This document shows, in pieces, positions 44,960 through 55,317 of a stretch of DNA of 64,000 nt. Under the pieces are notes generated by a model. The model was not told where the DNA came from and did no database searches. It saw nothing but the letters and a program-made list of their open reading frames with translations. Origin of the DNA: a bacterium (GTDB taxonomy: Bacteria; Margulisbacteria; Marinamargulisbacteria; JAHFDA01); NCBI GenBank assembly GCA_023249225.1, contig JAHFDA010000005.1, positions 7,995-71,994 of the forward strand, given 5' to 3'. The position numbers were made by a program, and so were the translations under genes. Numbering within the stretch: the stretch's first letter is position 1; each line of letters begins with the position of its first letter.

Positions 44960-46408
44960 CTAGGAACGATCCAATACTTCGCGTACCAGGCGATTGACCA
45001 CATCGGGTTTGGCCTGGCCTTGAGTGGCTTTCATCACTTGCCCCACAAAAAATCCGGCCACCGATGTTTTACCGTTTTTGTATTGCTCGAGCGGGCCCGG
45101 GTTACTTTGAATGGCTTGTTCGATAAAGGGAATCAGATCTGCATCGTTGCCGATTTGCTTGACCCCCTTTAAAGCAATCACCTCATGGGGAGATTTGCCT
45201 TGCAATAAGTCTGGAAGAATCTCTTTGGCCAGTTTGCCCGAAAACGTGCCTGCTTCAACCAAGGCCACCAGATCGGCCATATGCGCGGGGCTTACGGATG
45301 GCTGCGTAAAGGAAAACTTGCCTTCGTTTGCCAGGGCCGACAAGTCTCCCAGCACCCAGTTGGCCACCTTTTTAACGGGCAATGTGCGACCGGCACAAAC
45401 CGCTTCAAAATAATGAAGACGTTGCGGATCATTCAGCAACTGCACAATGTCACTTTCTGGAAGCTGCGCCACCTGCAACTCGTGACGGATCTGGTCGGGC
45501 AGTTTAGGCTGCGAACTTTTGATCTGCGCCAGCCACGGGGCGTCTACGCCAAGCGGCAACAGATCGGGTTCCGGAAAATAACGATAGTCATGCGCTTCTT
45601 CTTTGCTACGCATAGATGTGGTCTGGCCGCTTTCGTCGTCGTAGTTTCGGGTTTCGAGCACAATGGCGCCACCGGAAAGGAGCACCTCTTTCTGGCGTGC
45701 AATTTCCGAAATTGCCGCCTGTTCTACCGCGCGAAAAGAGTTCATATTTTTGACTTCGGTGCGGGTGCCAAATTGAGAGCTGCCTAAGGGACGGATAGAA
45801 ATATTGGCGTCACAGCGTAGCGAGCCTTCTTCCATATTTCCATCACAGATTCCCAGAAAAACCAGTATGGAGCGAATTTTTTCTACATACAGGCGGGCTT
45901 CTTCGGCGCTGCGGATATCCGGCTGCGACACAATTTCGATCAGCGGCGTGCAAGCGCGGTTAAGATCCACAAGTGAATGCGTGGCGCCCTTAATAGAGGC
46001 GGCCCCTTGGTGCAGCAGTTTGCCGGCGTCTTCCTCAAGATGAATACGCGTGACACCAATACGCTTGGTTCCGGATGCAAGTGCAATATCGATACGCCCG
46101 TTTTCACAGAGTGGTTTATCGAACTGCGAAATTTGATAGCCCTTGGGCAGGTCGGGATAAAAATAGTTTTTGCGTGCAAAAATGCTTTGGACGTTAATGG
46201 TGCAGTTAAGCGCCAAACCCATGCGGATGGCAAACTCGACTGCTACTTGATTGAGTACGGGCAAGGCGCCTGGCTGACCGGTGCATACCGGACAGATGTT
46301 TGTATTAGGTGCGGCTCCAAATTGAGTGGAACAGCCACAAAATAATTTGGTCTTGGTTTTAAGCTGGGCATGAACTTCCATGCCGATCACGGGCTCGAAT
46401 TCGGTCAC
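44960..46408 (-). CDS. gatB: Asp-tRNA(Asn)/Glu-tRNA(Gln) amidotransferase subunit B
   Basis: MTEFEPVIGMEVHAQLKTKTKLFCGCS...CPVCTGQPGALP is the canonical GatB N-terminus. Confidence 0.9.
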   Translation of the reverse strand: MTEFEPVIGMEVHAQLKTKTKLFCGCSTQFGAAPNTNICPVCTGQPGALPVLNQVAVEFAIRMGLALNCTINVQSIFARKNYFYPDLPKGYQISQFDKPLCENGRIDIALASGTKRIGVTRIHLEEDAGKLLHQGAASIKGATHSLVDLNRACTPLIEIVSQPDIRSAEEARLYVEKIRSILVFLGICDGNMEEGSLRCDANISIRPLGSSQFGTRTEVKNMNSFRAVEQAAISEIARQKEVLLSGGAIVLETRNYDDESGQTTSMRSKEEAHDYRYFPEPDLLPLGVDAPWLAQIKSSQPKLPDQIRHELQVAQLPESDIVQLLNDPQRLHYFEAVCAGRTLPVKKVANWVLGDLSALANEGKFSFTQPSVSPAHMADLVALVEAGTFSGKLAKEILPDLLQGKSPHEVIALKGVKQIGNDADLIPFIEQAIQSNPGPLEQYKNGKTSVAGFFVGQVMKATQGQAKPDVVNRLVREVLDRS

Positions 46409-46418
46409 ACGTTATATG

Positions 46419-47324
46419 TTATTGGATAAACCGAATCTCCGGAAGCGCCGGAATTAACTGCCGTTTAAAGGCTTCTTCAAGAAAGAGTTTAATCGACTGC
46501 TGCCCCTGGGGTCCCATGTTGACCGTACGTCGGTTGACATACCAACGCACAAAACGGTCGACCAGCGCACGATCCATGCCACGCGCATATTGCATGGCAT
46601 AGGTTAAAGCATCTTCGTGGTGTTGCACGGCATACTCTACGCTAGCCTTGAGGTGCGTAGACAAGGTGGACTGCAGGGATGCACCTAAATCAAGGCGTAC
46701 TCCGTTGACCCCAAGCGGCAATGGCAGGCCGCCAGAATAAGTGTGCCACCAGTTTCCAAGATTCAAGATCGATCGAAGCCCGAGACGTGTGTGGGTTAGC
46801 TGCCCCTCATGAATCAGCAGCCCTGCCGCTACCTCGCCTTGCAGGACGGCCTGTTCAACCTCTTTAAATGGCATGCAGACAGCTTCAAAATCAGAAACAC
46901 ACAAGCGTAACGCCAGATAGGCCGAAGTCATTTTTCCGGGCACAGCCACCCGTTTTCCAGTGAGATACCGTACCGCATCTTCAACCGATTCAAGCGCTGC
47001 TGCGGGAGCACCCAGCTTTTGAGATGAGCGGCCTTTTTTCCAGGGAATGACGACCAGAGGTCCGTATTCGCGTTCACCCATCGAGGCCCCATGGCTCAAG
47101 ATCCCGTAGCGATCGGCAACATAGGCGTAGGCATGCACGGATAACGCGGTGGTCTCGAGCCGACCCTCCAGGGCCCACTCGTTCAGCGTTTGGATATCCT
47201 GCAGCACGTGTTCATACGCAAGCTCTCCGGTCTCTATTTTTCCGGTTGCCAAGGCATAAAACATAAAGGCGTCATCGGCATCGGGACTATGACCCAGGTG
47301 AATCGTCTGGGTGGCGGTGATCAT
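46419..47324 (-). CDS. MqnA/MqnD-family protein (futalosine-pathway menaquinone biosynthesis; MqnD-like 1,4-dihydroxy-6-naphthoate synthase most likely)
   Basis: LGHSPDADDAFMFYAL resembles the MqnD lGySPCPNDtfxFyAl motif. About 300 aa. Confidence 0.55.
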   Translation of the reverse strand: MITATQTIHLGHSPDADDAFMFYALATGKIETGELAYEHVLQDIQTLNEWALEGRLETTALSVHAYAYVADRYGILSHGASMGEREYGPLVVIPWKKGRSSQKLGAPAAALESVEDAVRYLTGKRVAVPGKMTSAYLALRLCVSDFEAVCMPFKEVEQAVLQGEVAAGLLIHEGQLTHTRLGLRSILNLGNWWHTYSGGLPLPLGVNGVRLDLGASLQSTLSTHLKASVEYAVQHHEDALTYAMQYARGMDRALVDRFVRWYVNRRTVNMGPQGQQSIKLFLEEAFKRQLIPALPEIRFIQ

Positions 47325-47370
47325 GAAAGTAAGTATAACAACCCGTTACCATGCTAGTAATATATGAGTA

Positions 47371-49659
47371 GTGCGCGCTAAAACGTTGGCCATTGTAGGG
47401 GGAAGCCTGGCGCTTGCCGTTTTGCTTGTGTGGACCGGAGCCTGGGTATGGGCGCGTACTTTTTTTACGCCCGTAGAGTTGGGTTGGACGCTGGCAGACT
47501 ATCTATCAAACCGTTGCGGTCTGCCTGCAAAACTTACGCAAGCAAATCTGCACATGTCCTTGCAGCATGGCTTGGCGATCGATACTGAACCGATCACCAT
47601 TGGAGATCCCTTGGCCGGCTCGGCTTATGTGACCATTAGAAAAGCCTCTCTGGGCATAGACCTTTTGTCGATTTTTCATAAAAAATTGCATGTCAGCGCG
47701 ATCACCCTTAAAGACGTGTCTGTCATGGTAACCCGCGCTTCTGAAAATATCTGGCTCACGCCTTTTAAAGCAGGTTATCGCGAACGGGCTGCCCAACAAA
47801 GTTTTCCGGTCGAGATCGCGATTTCGCAACTTGATGTTACAAACTTGCAACTTGTGCTTGACGATCAAATCCGCCAAAGAAAATGGATCTATAACGATGG
47901 CGTCTTACGAACCCGCTTGAACGACGAAAAAAGCGGCGGGATTAACTTTCCGCTGGAATTACAGTTTAAAGAAGCGCACTATCAGCCGCAGGCGCAAGCT
48001 TTACAGCCCCTGCCGCCGGTGGATATCCGTGGCCAGTTTTTTTATGACCCCGAAGCGGACGAACTTGATATCCATCAATCGCAGTGGCAGTTACCGGGTG
48101 TTAAAGCGTCTGTGCTAGGTCATGTCAGCGGCTTTCGCTCGGTATGGGACATACACTTAAACATTTCTGCAGAAAAGATACAGCTAGAAAAACTTTTTCT
48201 AGCTTTGCCTTATGATTTTACCCGCCGCGACAAGTTTCATTACACATTGAAAGGTGACGGCAAATTAGAGGCCAGCATCAATGGTCTCTTTAATCCCATG
48301 CCATCCATAAAAGGGTCGCTCAAACTCAACCCTTTTTTGTTAGAAGCCCCCCGACATCTGCAGACCCAGGCCCGTTATGGCAAGGCCGATTTGTACTTTA
48401 CCGAAGATGGCTTTGAGCTAACCAATGGAGAACTGGTGGTCGCCAACAGCCGTTTTCAATACTGGGTGACGATGCCAAGTTTTTACGAAAATCATTTTAT
48501 ATTTTTTGTAGAATCACCGCAGATGGTTGTTTCTGATTTTAAAAAACCGGAACAGGGCAAAATGCCGTCAGGACTTTCTGCATCCATACCGGGATCCATT
48601 GCTTCAGAAGGTTGGAGAATTCCAGAAGACCTAAAATTAGAAGGCAATGTCACTATAAAAAAGATCAACTACCAGGATGCTGAATTTAACGATTTTAAGG
48701 CACGCGTCAACATGTTCAATCAGCTCATGCAAATCGATAACATCGAGGCCAAGGCCTTTGACGGCGATATGGATCTCATCGTGCAAATTAATGCTGCCAA
48801 TCCCGAGCTTTTGCTGTGGCAGGGCAAGGGCGGATTACATGCTTTTAACGTGGCGCCGCTGGGCGCTTGGTTGTACAAACGCAGCGCATTGTTTGGTTTA
48901 CTCAATGCCGATCTTACATTTTCCGGAAGCGGCTACAGTGCCTCACACAGCCTGCAAAGCCTGAACGGAAAGGGAAACCTGGAAATTATCCGGCCCGTGC
49001 TGGATCACATGCCCGTGCAGGCGCACATTGCCAATGAACTTAAGTGGGATCGCCTTCAGCGCCTGTATCCCAGCCAGAATATCAGCACGCCCATTTCGGT
49101 TGCTGACGGCAAGGTCTATCTTCCGCAAATCGAGGTAGGGGTTGATAACTTTATTTCGCGGTCAAGCGGCTGGGTGGGTTTCGATCACACTTTCGCGTTT
49201 AAAGTGGCCACCGTGGTAGGCTCCGAAGCCACCGATGAATTCATCGAGCAGCTTGGCCCCATTGTTCAGCCCCTCAAAACTCGGCTGGGGGATCTTAAAG
49301 CTAACTTTCAAGTGATATGCCTTAAACCCGGCGATGTTTCGGTAAACTGGGAAAAACAAAAAAAAGCTTTTCCAGATAACACCTATCTTTCGGCCATCAA
49401 ACTTCAAAAAGCATCCTTGTTTGACAATCCTTTCTTTAAGGATGAGGGCGACGACGACAAAGCCTCGGCTTTATTTGGTGATTCGGGTGAATCGGCTGCC
49501 GATAAATTTATGAATATGCAAAAAAAAGATGAGCCTAAAACAAAGGCCGAAGAAAACGTGGAACAACGCATCCAACGCGAAAAACGCGAGGCTGAAATAC
49601 GACGTAAAGAAGAAGAAGAACGCCGCTTGCGGGAGTTACGGGAAAAACTTCCTTTCTAG
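47371..49659 (+). CDS. AsmA-family protein (N-terminal TM anchor, large beta-rich periplasmic region, charged K/E/R-rich C-terminal tail)
   Basis: GTG start. TM LAIVGGSLALAVLLVWTGAWVWA. 762 aa. Tail EQRIQREKREAEIRRKEEEERRLRELREKLPF. Confidence 0.5.
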   Translation: MRAKTLAIVGGSLALAVLLVWTGAWVWARTFFTPVELGWTLADYLSNRCGLPAKLTQANLHMSLQHGLAIDTEPITIGDPLAGSAYVTIRKASLGIDLLSIFHKKLHVSAITLKDVSVMVTRASENIWLTPFKAGYRERAAQQSFPVEIAISQLDVTNLQLVLDDQIRQRKWIYNDGVLRTRLNDEKSGGINFPLELQFKEAHYQPQAQALQPLPPVDIRGQFFYDPEADELDIHQSQWQLPGVKASVLGHVSGFRSVWDIHLNISAEKIQLEKLFLALPYDFTRRDKFHYTLKGDGKLEASINGLFNPMPSIKGSLKLNPFLLEAPRHLQTQARYGKADLYFTEDGFELTNGELVVANSRFQYWVTMPSFYENHFIFFVESPQMVVSDFKKPEQGKMPSGLSASIPGSIASEGWRIPEDLKLEGNVTIKKINYQDAEFNDFKARVNMFNQLMQIDNIEAKAFDGDMDLIVQINAANPELLLWQGKGGLHAFNVAPLGAWLYKRSALFGLLNADLTFSGSGYSASHSLQSLNGKGNLEIIRPVLDHMPVQAHIANELKWDRLQRLYPSQNISTPISVADGKVYLPQIEVGVDNFISRSSGWVGFDHTFAFKVATVVGSEATDEFIEQLGPIVQPLKTRLGDLKANFQVICLKPGDVSVNWEKQKKAFPDNTYLSAIKLQKASLFDNPFFKDEGDDDKASALFGDSGESAADKFMNMQKKDEPKTKAEENVEQRIQREKREAEIRRKEEEERRLRELREKLPF

Positions 49660-49661
49660 CA

Positions 49662-50579
49662 ATGGCACAGCATTTCTATCCATTAAAGCACTGGAGCGCT
49701 TATGCGGTGGCAGGCTTCGATGCCCAGGATTTTTTGCAGCGCCTCACCAGCCAAAACTACAAGACCCATCGTGTCGGCCAGGCCAAAGACATGGCGGTGC
49801 TCACGGCCACTGGAGACGTGATTGGGTACAGCGTGGGTTGGAATGTTGAACCCGGAGTTTTTGGGTTTATGGCCGATGCGCAGGAGATTCCGGTGCTGCT
49901 TGAAAAACTGGAGATGTTTCATTTTGCTGAAAGACTAGAAATCAAGGCGCTACCAGACCTGACAACCATGATCTTATTTAATAAACATCCCGAACAAGTC
50001 GCCGATGGAGCAGTGCTTGGTCAATCTGCGCTGGAACCAGGTCTGTGTGGGCAGACAAATTTAAACGGTCTTCGGGTCACCTGGCTTACGCGCAAGGGTC
50101 TGTGTGCGAGTGACCTGTGGTTTATCCTGCCTCAAGCGCAGCAGCCGCACGTTGCCGAAATGCTGAAATCCCAAAAGATTGTGCCCGCGTCCGAAGCTCA
50201 ATTTGAGTTCTACCGCATCCGCGCCGGTTGGCCCAAGCGTGGCGTCGATTACGATGAGGAGTCGATGATTCTTTCGGTGGGCCTGCGTTTAGGCGCTGCC
50301 TTTGGCAAGGGTTGTTATCCAGGGCAGGAAGTGGTTGAGCGTGCCACGGCGATTGGTTCAAGTCCGCAGACACTGGCCACTGTAAAACTTTCAAAAATGC
50401 CCGACGCCGTCCCCCCGATGCTTTTATCGGTAGAAGGCCGTGAAGCCGGCCGGGTGACATCCATTGCCGAACTGGATGGAACCATTCTGGGCTTGGGACA
50501 GATTAGAACCAAACAAGCCGGGTTAAATAAAGCCGTGCAAGTGGCGGATAGTCCGGCTGAAATTGTGGCGTTGTATTAA
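49662..50579 (+). CDS. ygfZ: YgfZ-family folate-binding protein (GcvT-like; Fe-S cluster repair / tRNA modification)
   Basis: KGCYPGQEVVERA signature motif near the C-terminal third. About 300 aa. Confidence 0.7.
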   Translation: MAQHFYPLKHWSAYAVAGFDAQDFLQRLTSQNYKTHRVGQAKDMAVLTATGDVIGYSVGWNVEPGVFGFMADAQEIPVLLEKLEMFHFAERLEIKALPDLTTMILFNKHPEQVADGAVLGQSALEPGLCGQTNLNGLRVTWLTRKGLCASDLWFILPQAQQPHVAEMLKSQKIVPASEAQFEFYRIRAGWPKRGVDYDEESMILSVGLRLGAAFGKGCYPGQEVVERATAIGSSPQTLATVKLSKMPDAVPPMLLSVEGREAGRVTSIAELDGTILGLGQIRTKQAGLNKAVQVADSPAEIVALY

Positions 50580-50851
50580 TCCAAACCCCGATAAACGTCG
50601 CTGCGATGTCCTACACGGATCACCAACACCAGTAGTACAGCTGACTGAACGTCATAGACCAGACGGTAATCGCCTAATCGTATGCGATAAAGGGATTCAT
50701 GACCTTTGATTTTTTTGATTTTCAAGATTTCAGAGAACGGATCGGTTGCCAAAGCCAGCAGCGCGGTTTTAATACGTTGCTGAATGTGCGGCGGAAGCTG
50801 CTTGAGCTCCTTGGCTGCGGACTTGGTAAAGTCGATGCGGTGTTTAGCCAT
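50576..50851 (-). CDS. Type II toxin, RelE/ParE superfamily
   Basis: 91 aa. ...YRIRLGDYRLVYDVQSAVLLVLVIRVGHRSDVY is a RelE/ParE-like C-terminus. Overlaps the upstream antitoxin gene by 8 nt. Confidence 0.7.
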   Translation of the reverse strand: MAKHRIDFTKSAAKELKQLPPHIQQRIKTALLALATDPFSEILKIKKIKGHESLYRIRLGDYRLVYDVQSAVLLVLVIRVGHRSDVYRGLD

Positions 50852-51074
50852 GCAGATGTTTAAATGCTTCGGCCATACTTACATGGGGTTCATGTTTGCG
50901 GGCATGGTAAATTTGCAAGTCGTATTCATCTTCCAGCTTCTCCACAATGGCATCTTCTACAAACGAACTTACCTTTAAGCCACGCTGTTTGCACAGCGAC
51001 TTCATGGCGTCAGAAACTTTCTTGTCGAGCGTGGTGGAAAATGGGCCAGGTTTGCGCATAAGGGTCTCCTTCAT
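50844..51074 (-). CDS. Type II antitoxin (RelB/DinJ/ParD-like) partner of the 50576-50851 toxin
   Basis: 76 aa acidic protein directly upstream of the toxin and overlapping it. A perfect 16-bp palindrome lies immediately upstream. Confidence 0.6.
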   Translation of the reverse strand: MKETLMRKPGPFSTTLDKKVSDAMKSLCKQRGLKVSSFVEDAIVEKLEDEYDLQIYHARKHEPHVSMAEAFKHLHG

Positions 51075-51075
51075 T

Positions 51076-51097
51076 AAAAATAATTATTTTTAATTAT
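51076..51097 (-). promoter_or_regulatory. Perfect palindrome AAAAATAATTATTTTT upstream of the antitoxin start: candidate TA operator/promoter
   Basis: 16 bp self-complementary sequence within 25 bp of the antitoxin start codon. Coordinates are approximate to +/-2 bp. Confidence 0.35.
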
Positions 51098-51177
51098 TAT
51101 AGATTAAGATGCTTTGGGACAATCAAAAGGCGCAATGCGTGTCTATGTTATGGGTGACTTATCCTATCCCGGATTAT

Positions 51178-51241
51178 TCACGCATATGAAGCAGATACCT
51201 ACACACGGGAGCCCGCTACAAGAGAGTATGAATAGTGCGGG
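51178..51241. repeat. REP-like intergenic repeat element, family 1, copy C
   Basis: cccggattATTCACGCATATGAAGCAGATACCTACACACGGGAGCCCGC...TATGAATAGTGCGGG, between the two TA operons. Confidence 0.6.
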
Positions 51242-51452
51242 CTATTTTAATAAGCGACTGGCATACTGCCCGGACGGACAATGACTTTAAAACCCTGAAA
51301 AGTAGGATAGGCCTTTTCAAGCTCGTCTTTGATTGACGGATCACACATGACAGAAATGGCCAAGGGGCTTTGGGGATCCTGTAAGTTTTCTCGAGTAATG
51401 CCTACGCCAAAAATTTTATTGAAAAGATAACAAAGTTTGTTAAAATTCAGAC

Positions 51453-51755
51453 ATGCGGGTTTTAAATATCAATCTTACAGATGACCAGTACAAGTTTATA
51501 CAAACCCGCGTCAAAAGTGAGGGTTTTGCCAATGTAAGCGAATACATGCGCGCGATTGTCCGTTTTCTGCAAAATGTTAAGGCCTCCCCTAAAGTGCACC
51601 TGGAAATTAAAGACACGCCTGGTAGCCTGACACCTGCAGAAATCGAAACCAGTCTTTCACAATATGGGTACAGCAAAGATTTTATTAAAAGCGTTGCTCA
51701 AGGCTTTAAGGGATCTGCATTTTACAAAAAGCACAAACGTGGTAATGGACATTGA
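51453..51755 (+). CDS. ParD-like ribbon-helix-helix antitoxin
   Basis: MRVLNINLTDDQYKFIQTRVKSEGFANVSEYMRAIVR is a ParD/CopG-like RHH. An AACAAAgTTTGTT inverted repeat lies about 20 bp upstream. Confidence 0.65.
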   Translation: MRVLNINLTDDQYKFIQTRVKSEGFANVSEYMRAIVRFLQNVKASPKVHLEIKDTPGSLTPAEIETSLSQYGYSKDFIKSVAQGFKGSAFYKKHKRGNGH

Positions 51756-51990
51756 GCCTTTAAATTCTAGACTGCAGCGTTACGTTGTTTCCCACGGGCT
51801 TGAAAAAAAACTCAAAAAACAGTTGGCACTATTGAAGCAAGATGTTTTTAACAAGGGCTTGAATTTTGAAAAGTTAGTACCTCACCCACTGGGACTGTAT
51901 AGTTTTCGACTAGACCGTCAGTATCGGGCCATCTGTGTGGTAGAAGGCAATGGACTGGAAATCGTGGATATTAACAACCATTACCGGTGA
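51745..51990 (+). CDS. RelE/ParE-family toxin partner (start at internal Met overlapping antitoxin end)
   Basis: ...LYSFRLDRQYRAICVVEGNGLEIVDINNHY is a RelE/ParE-like C-terminus. Overlaps the antitoxin ORF. Confidence 0.6.
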   Translation: MDIEPLNSRLQRYVVSHGLEKKLKKQLALLKQDVFNKGLNFEKLVPHPLGLYSFRLDRQYRAICVVEGNGLEIVDINNHYR

Positions 51991-51992
51991 CA

Positions 51993-52442
51993 TCAAAACT
52001 GTTTCTGCGAATCCAGCAATATCGTATAGGGCCCCCAGTTGTGAATGTGCACGTCCATCATGGCGCGAAAGCGGCCGGTTTCGACTGTCAGGCCGCTTAA
52101 ACGAAGTTTGGCCGTGAGGTCTTCATAGAGTTTTTCTGCAGCCTCGGGCGGGGCGGAGTCAGAAAAAGAGGGGCGCGTGCCTTTGCGGACGTCTCCCAAA
52201 AGTGTGAACTGGCTTACGACGAGCAACGCACCTTTTATGTCTACGACCGAAAGATTCGACTTGCCCTCGGTGTCTTCAAACATACGCAGTGCCAGAATTT
52301 TTCCGGCCATCCAGTCTACATCGTCTGGAGCATCCTCTTTATGGACACCCACAAAAATCAGCAGGCCGCTTTGAATGGCACCCACGGTTTCAGCGCCAAC
52401 CAGCACGGAGGCAGACTTAACGCGTTGCAAGACAGCACGCAT
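51993..52442 (-). CDS. dtd: D-aminoacyl-tRNA deacylase
   Basis: [13 protein letters not shown]...SQFTL...[10 protein letters not shown] is the canonical Dtd. Confidence 0.9.
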   Translation of the reverse strand: MRAVLQRVKSASVLVGAETVGAIQSGLLIFVGVHKEDAPDDVDWMAGKILALRMFEDTEGKSNLSVVDIKGALLVVSQFTLLGDVRKGTRPSFSDSAPPEAAEKLYEDLTAKLRLSGLTVETGRFRAMMDVHIHNWGPYTILLDSQKQF

Positions 52443-52450
52443 CTAGGATG

Positions 52451-55252
52451 CTAGGCCAGGGTCACCCAAAGCTCGACAAAGTTCTGCCCCAGCGCCAGAA
52501 GTTCAGCTTTGGAAATTTGTACACCGCCTGTAGGTTGCGACTGAAAGCGCAGGGGCTTCGACCCGCATTGCACCGCGTTGACTTGATAATCTTCTGGTGT
52601 CTTGCGCGCGACATTGTGGTACGTCACATGAATGCGCAAACCCGCAAACCAGGTTTCGATACTGGCTTGGTTCTGGACATTGAACTGCTCTGGCACAAGT
52701 TGCGGGTCAAGCACCAGGTCTCCCAACTCGCCGCGCACGCCAAACATGCGCGTCACAATGGTTACAAGCGACCAGGAGGCTGATCCCGTAAGGTAGTGAT
52801 ACCGTCCGCGACCTTCGGCGTTAAAGTACTCTGGAAGTCCCGGTAGTATTTTTGACTGTGCGGAATGAAAGGCCAGTTGATACAGGCTTGAAAAAGCGTT
52901 AAAGGCCTCGCTGCCAAAATGCCGCTGATACAAGGCATTGGCCCACATCACGGCCATGTGACTAAAGATTGCACCGTTTTCTTTTTCGCCGTAACTAAAT
53001 GAAAAAGCCCGACCCATTTCAAATTGCGGAGCGCCATAGTTGGTGTTTAAGCGTATGCCGCCCACACGGGCATCCCACAAATGCTGTCTGACGGCCTGCA
53101 CGCAAGATTGAATTTGGGCTGTGCTGGCCACGCCGGACATCACCGGAAAAACCTGGCCCGTCAGCGACATCTGAAACACCCCCAGCGCATTTTTACCCTC
53201 GGTACGCTCGCCACGGTTGTTGTAATACCCGTTGAAATATCCAAAGTCGCTTTCATGCGCCAGCCATTCTTGATGGGCCACGCGCTGCGTCAGAAATTCC
53301 GATTTGGCCCGCAAGTCTTTTACCAGCTCTGCCACGGGAATGTTAATGGTTTTTCCGGTGAGTTGGTGGCGCACCGACTTAAAGTAATCCTGCAATCTGT
53401 TTTGTTTTTGTACCAGCTGATCATAGTCCAGTGCAACCCCGGTGGCCCGATCCAAAAGCTGGGTCAGTTCTTCAAAAAGGGTGCAGTGCTCAAGTTTTTT
53501 TTGGCTGGCAAGTTGTTCTAAAAGGTCGGCGATGCGTTTAAGGTTTCCGGCATACATGGCGGTAAACGCTACCGACTCACCGCGCTCGTGCGCCATATCG
53601 AGGCCATCGTTCCAGTCGGCATCTTCAAGGCGGCAAATGTGGTGCTCACCCACGTTAAAAAAAGCCACCAGATGCGGCACCAGCACGTGCTCAAGAATAC
53701 TGCCCTGGTAGGCTTGATGGTCCTGCGAAAGTTGACGCGTACCTTGCGAAATTTGCCACTCGGCATCGACTTGTTTTGCGCGGAAAATCAGTGCGTCCTT
53801 AAAGTAACTTTGTTTGCGCAGCAAAAACCCGACATCCCCGGTTTGATGCAGGTAAAGCTCCAGCGTCAGCCAGGGCCACACGCCATGATCCATCCAGGTG
53901 CGTGAAATTTTGTTACGGTCGGCCACAAATTCTCCGGGCTTTTTACCGATGATGGTGGCGTTGCTGCCATCAACGCGCACGCCGCCAAAATTATCTTCGA
54001 GCAATTTCGGAGTTTCCTGGGGCTGCGAGAGCAGCAGCGCCAGACAATCCTGCCACAAATCGCGCCAACCCCGACCTCCGCGGCCATAACCAAAGTCTGG
54101 TAAGAAACTACAACCATAAATTTTGCGCAGCATGGGCTGGAAACTGATCCAATGAAACCAAGTGTCAAAGTTTGCATCGGCGCTATGGATGCGGTGTCTG
54201 CTCGTGCGGCGGCGCCATTCCGCACGGGTTTGCTCAAAGGATTGTTTGAGCTTTGTCAGGTCAAGCAAACGGGTTTTAAGTTCTGATAACTGCTGATCGT
54301 TCTCACCCATGCCAAGCACCAAAGCAATTTCAACGCTTTCGCCTGGTTTGAGCGTAAGCTGCTTAAATTGTGCTGCCCCCAATGCTTGTTTGCCATCCGT
54401 ACGGTACGAACCCATTTGCGGCGGATCCTGACCCTCTAAAAGAGCCAACGGTTGTTCGAGACTGCCACCCTCGCCGATAAATTCTTCCTGTGTCAGCCAC
54501 AAGGCATCGGGTTTCGATTTAAGCGCGCTTGTGGCCCATACCGCATAACGCCATTCGTTTTTAGTGTGCCCACGCTCGTCGAAACTCATCACCGGTTGCA
54601 CGATCACACCGTGGGCATCGCTGCGGATGCGGTTAAGCAGGGTCGTCACTTGTCGGTGGTCGCGCAGATTATCGGCGCTGCGCGCAAAAACAGGCACCGC
54701 GCTGACCAGATTGAAGGTAAGCGCTTCATCGCCAGTGTTCTCTATGTTGATCAAGTGACACTCTGCAAGCAAGGCCTCGCTGGGCACAAACACAGTCCAC
54801 TCGACCTTGAGTTTAAGGCTCTGGTGATCACGGATGATTTTGAGCCAGCCCGGCCCACCCACCATGATTTCTTCGATGTCGAGCGTATGCAGCGGAAAAG
54901 CGCCCGCCGCCACGTTCCAAAGGCGCGGCGCATTTTTGGAAAGCGGGCCAACAACCTGCACCCACAAGGCCCGCCGCCACGAGGACTCCGGCAGATCCTC
55001 TGTGACCACCGGCTTAAGAAAAAAATGATTCTGGTCTATTTTTAAATCGCCGCGCAGATCGGGAGTAACGGCAGACATCATGCCTGCGTCATTGGCCAGC
55101 GGAAAGTACAGGCTGCTTAGCGCCGAAGGATAACGGCACTCGAAACTGCCAAATTCATCGGTAAAACGCCATAAGGGGCCCTTGCCTTCGCGGGCCAGCA
55201 AGCCGTCGGGAACGACGCTGGTGGGGATGGGCGAAACGTCGATTACGGGCAC
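52451..55252 (-). CDS. GH94-like glycoside phosphorylase/hydrolase (cellobiose-phosphorylase-type (alpha/alpha)6 catalytic domain), 933 aa
   Basis: GRGGRGWRDLWQDCLALL, FGGVRVDGSNATII, EDADWNDGLDM (DWND catalytic-region motif of GH94) and NGAIFSHMAVMWANALY. Confidence 0.55.
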   Translation of the reverse strand: MPVIDVSPIPTSVVPDGLLAREGKGPLWRFTDEFGSFECRYPSALSSLYFPLANDAGMMSAVTPDLRGDLKIDQNHFFLKPVVTEDLPESSWRRALWVQVVGPLSKNAPRLWNVAAGAFPLHTLDIEEIMVGGPGWLKIIRDHQSLKLKVEWTVFVPSEALLAECHLINIENTGDEALTFNLVSAVPVFARSADNLRDHRQVTTLLNRIRSDAHGVIVQPVMSFDERGHTKNEWRYAVWATSALKSKPDALWLTQEEFIGEGGSLEQPLALLEGQDPPQMGSYRTDGKQALGAAQFKQLTLKPGESVEIALVLGMGENDQQLSELKTRLLDLTKLKQSFEQTRAEWRRRTSRHRIHSADANFDTWFHWISFQPMLRKIYGCSFLPDFGYGRGGRGWRDLWQDCLALLLSQPQETPKLLEDNFGGVRVDGSNATIIGKKPGEFVADRNKISRTWMDHGVWPWLTLELYLHQTGDVGFLLRKQSYFKDALIFRAKQVDAEWQISQGTRQLSQDHQAYQGSILEHVLVPHLVAFFNVGEHHICRLEDADWNDGLDMAHERGESVAFTAMYAGNLKRIADLLEQLASQKKLEHCTLFEELTQLLDRATGVALDYDQLVQKQNRLQDYFKSVRHQLTGKTINIPVAELVKDLRAKSEFLTQRVAHQEWLAHESDFGYFNGYYNNRGERTEGKNALGVFQMSLTGQVFPVMSGVASTAQIQSCVQAVRQHLWDARVGGIRLNTNYGAPQFEMGRAFSFSYGEKENGAIFSHMAVMWANALYQRHFGSEAFNAFSSLYQLAFHSAQSKILPGLPEYFNAEGRGRYHYLTGSASWSLVTIVTRMFGVRGELGDLVLDPQLVPEQFNVQNQASIETWFAGLRIHVTYHNVARKTPEDYQVNAVQCGSKPLRFQSQPTGGVQISKAELLALGQNFVELWVTLA

Positions 55253-55317
55253 GAGGGTATTATATCGTCTGGACCGGTCTTTATTACGGGTTTAAAAACT
55301 CCAAAATAGGTGCAAAA

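Noticed and set aside
51440-51676. 78-aa minus-strand ORF
   Set aside because: Antisense to the ParD-like antitoxin gene and the upstream operator region. No support.
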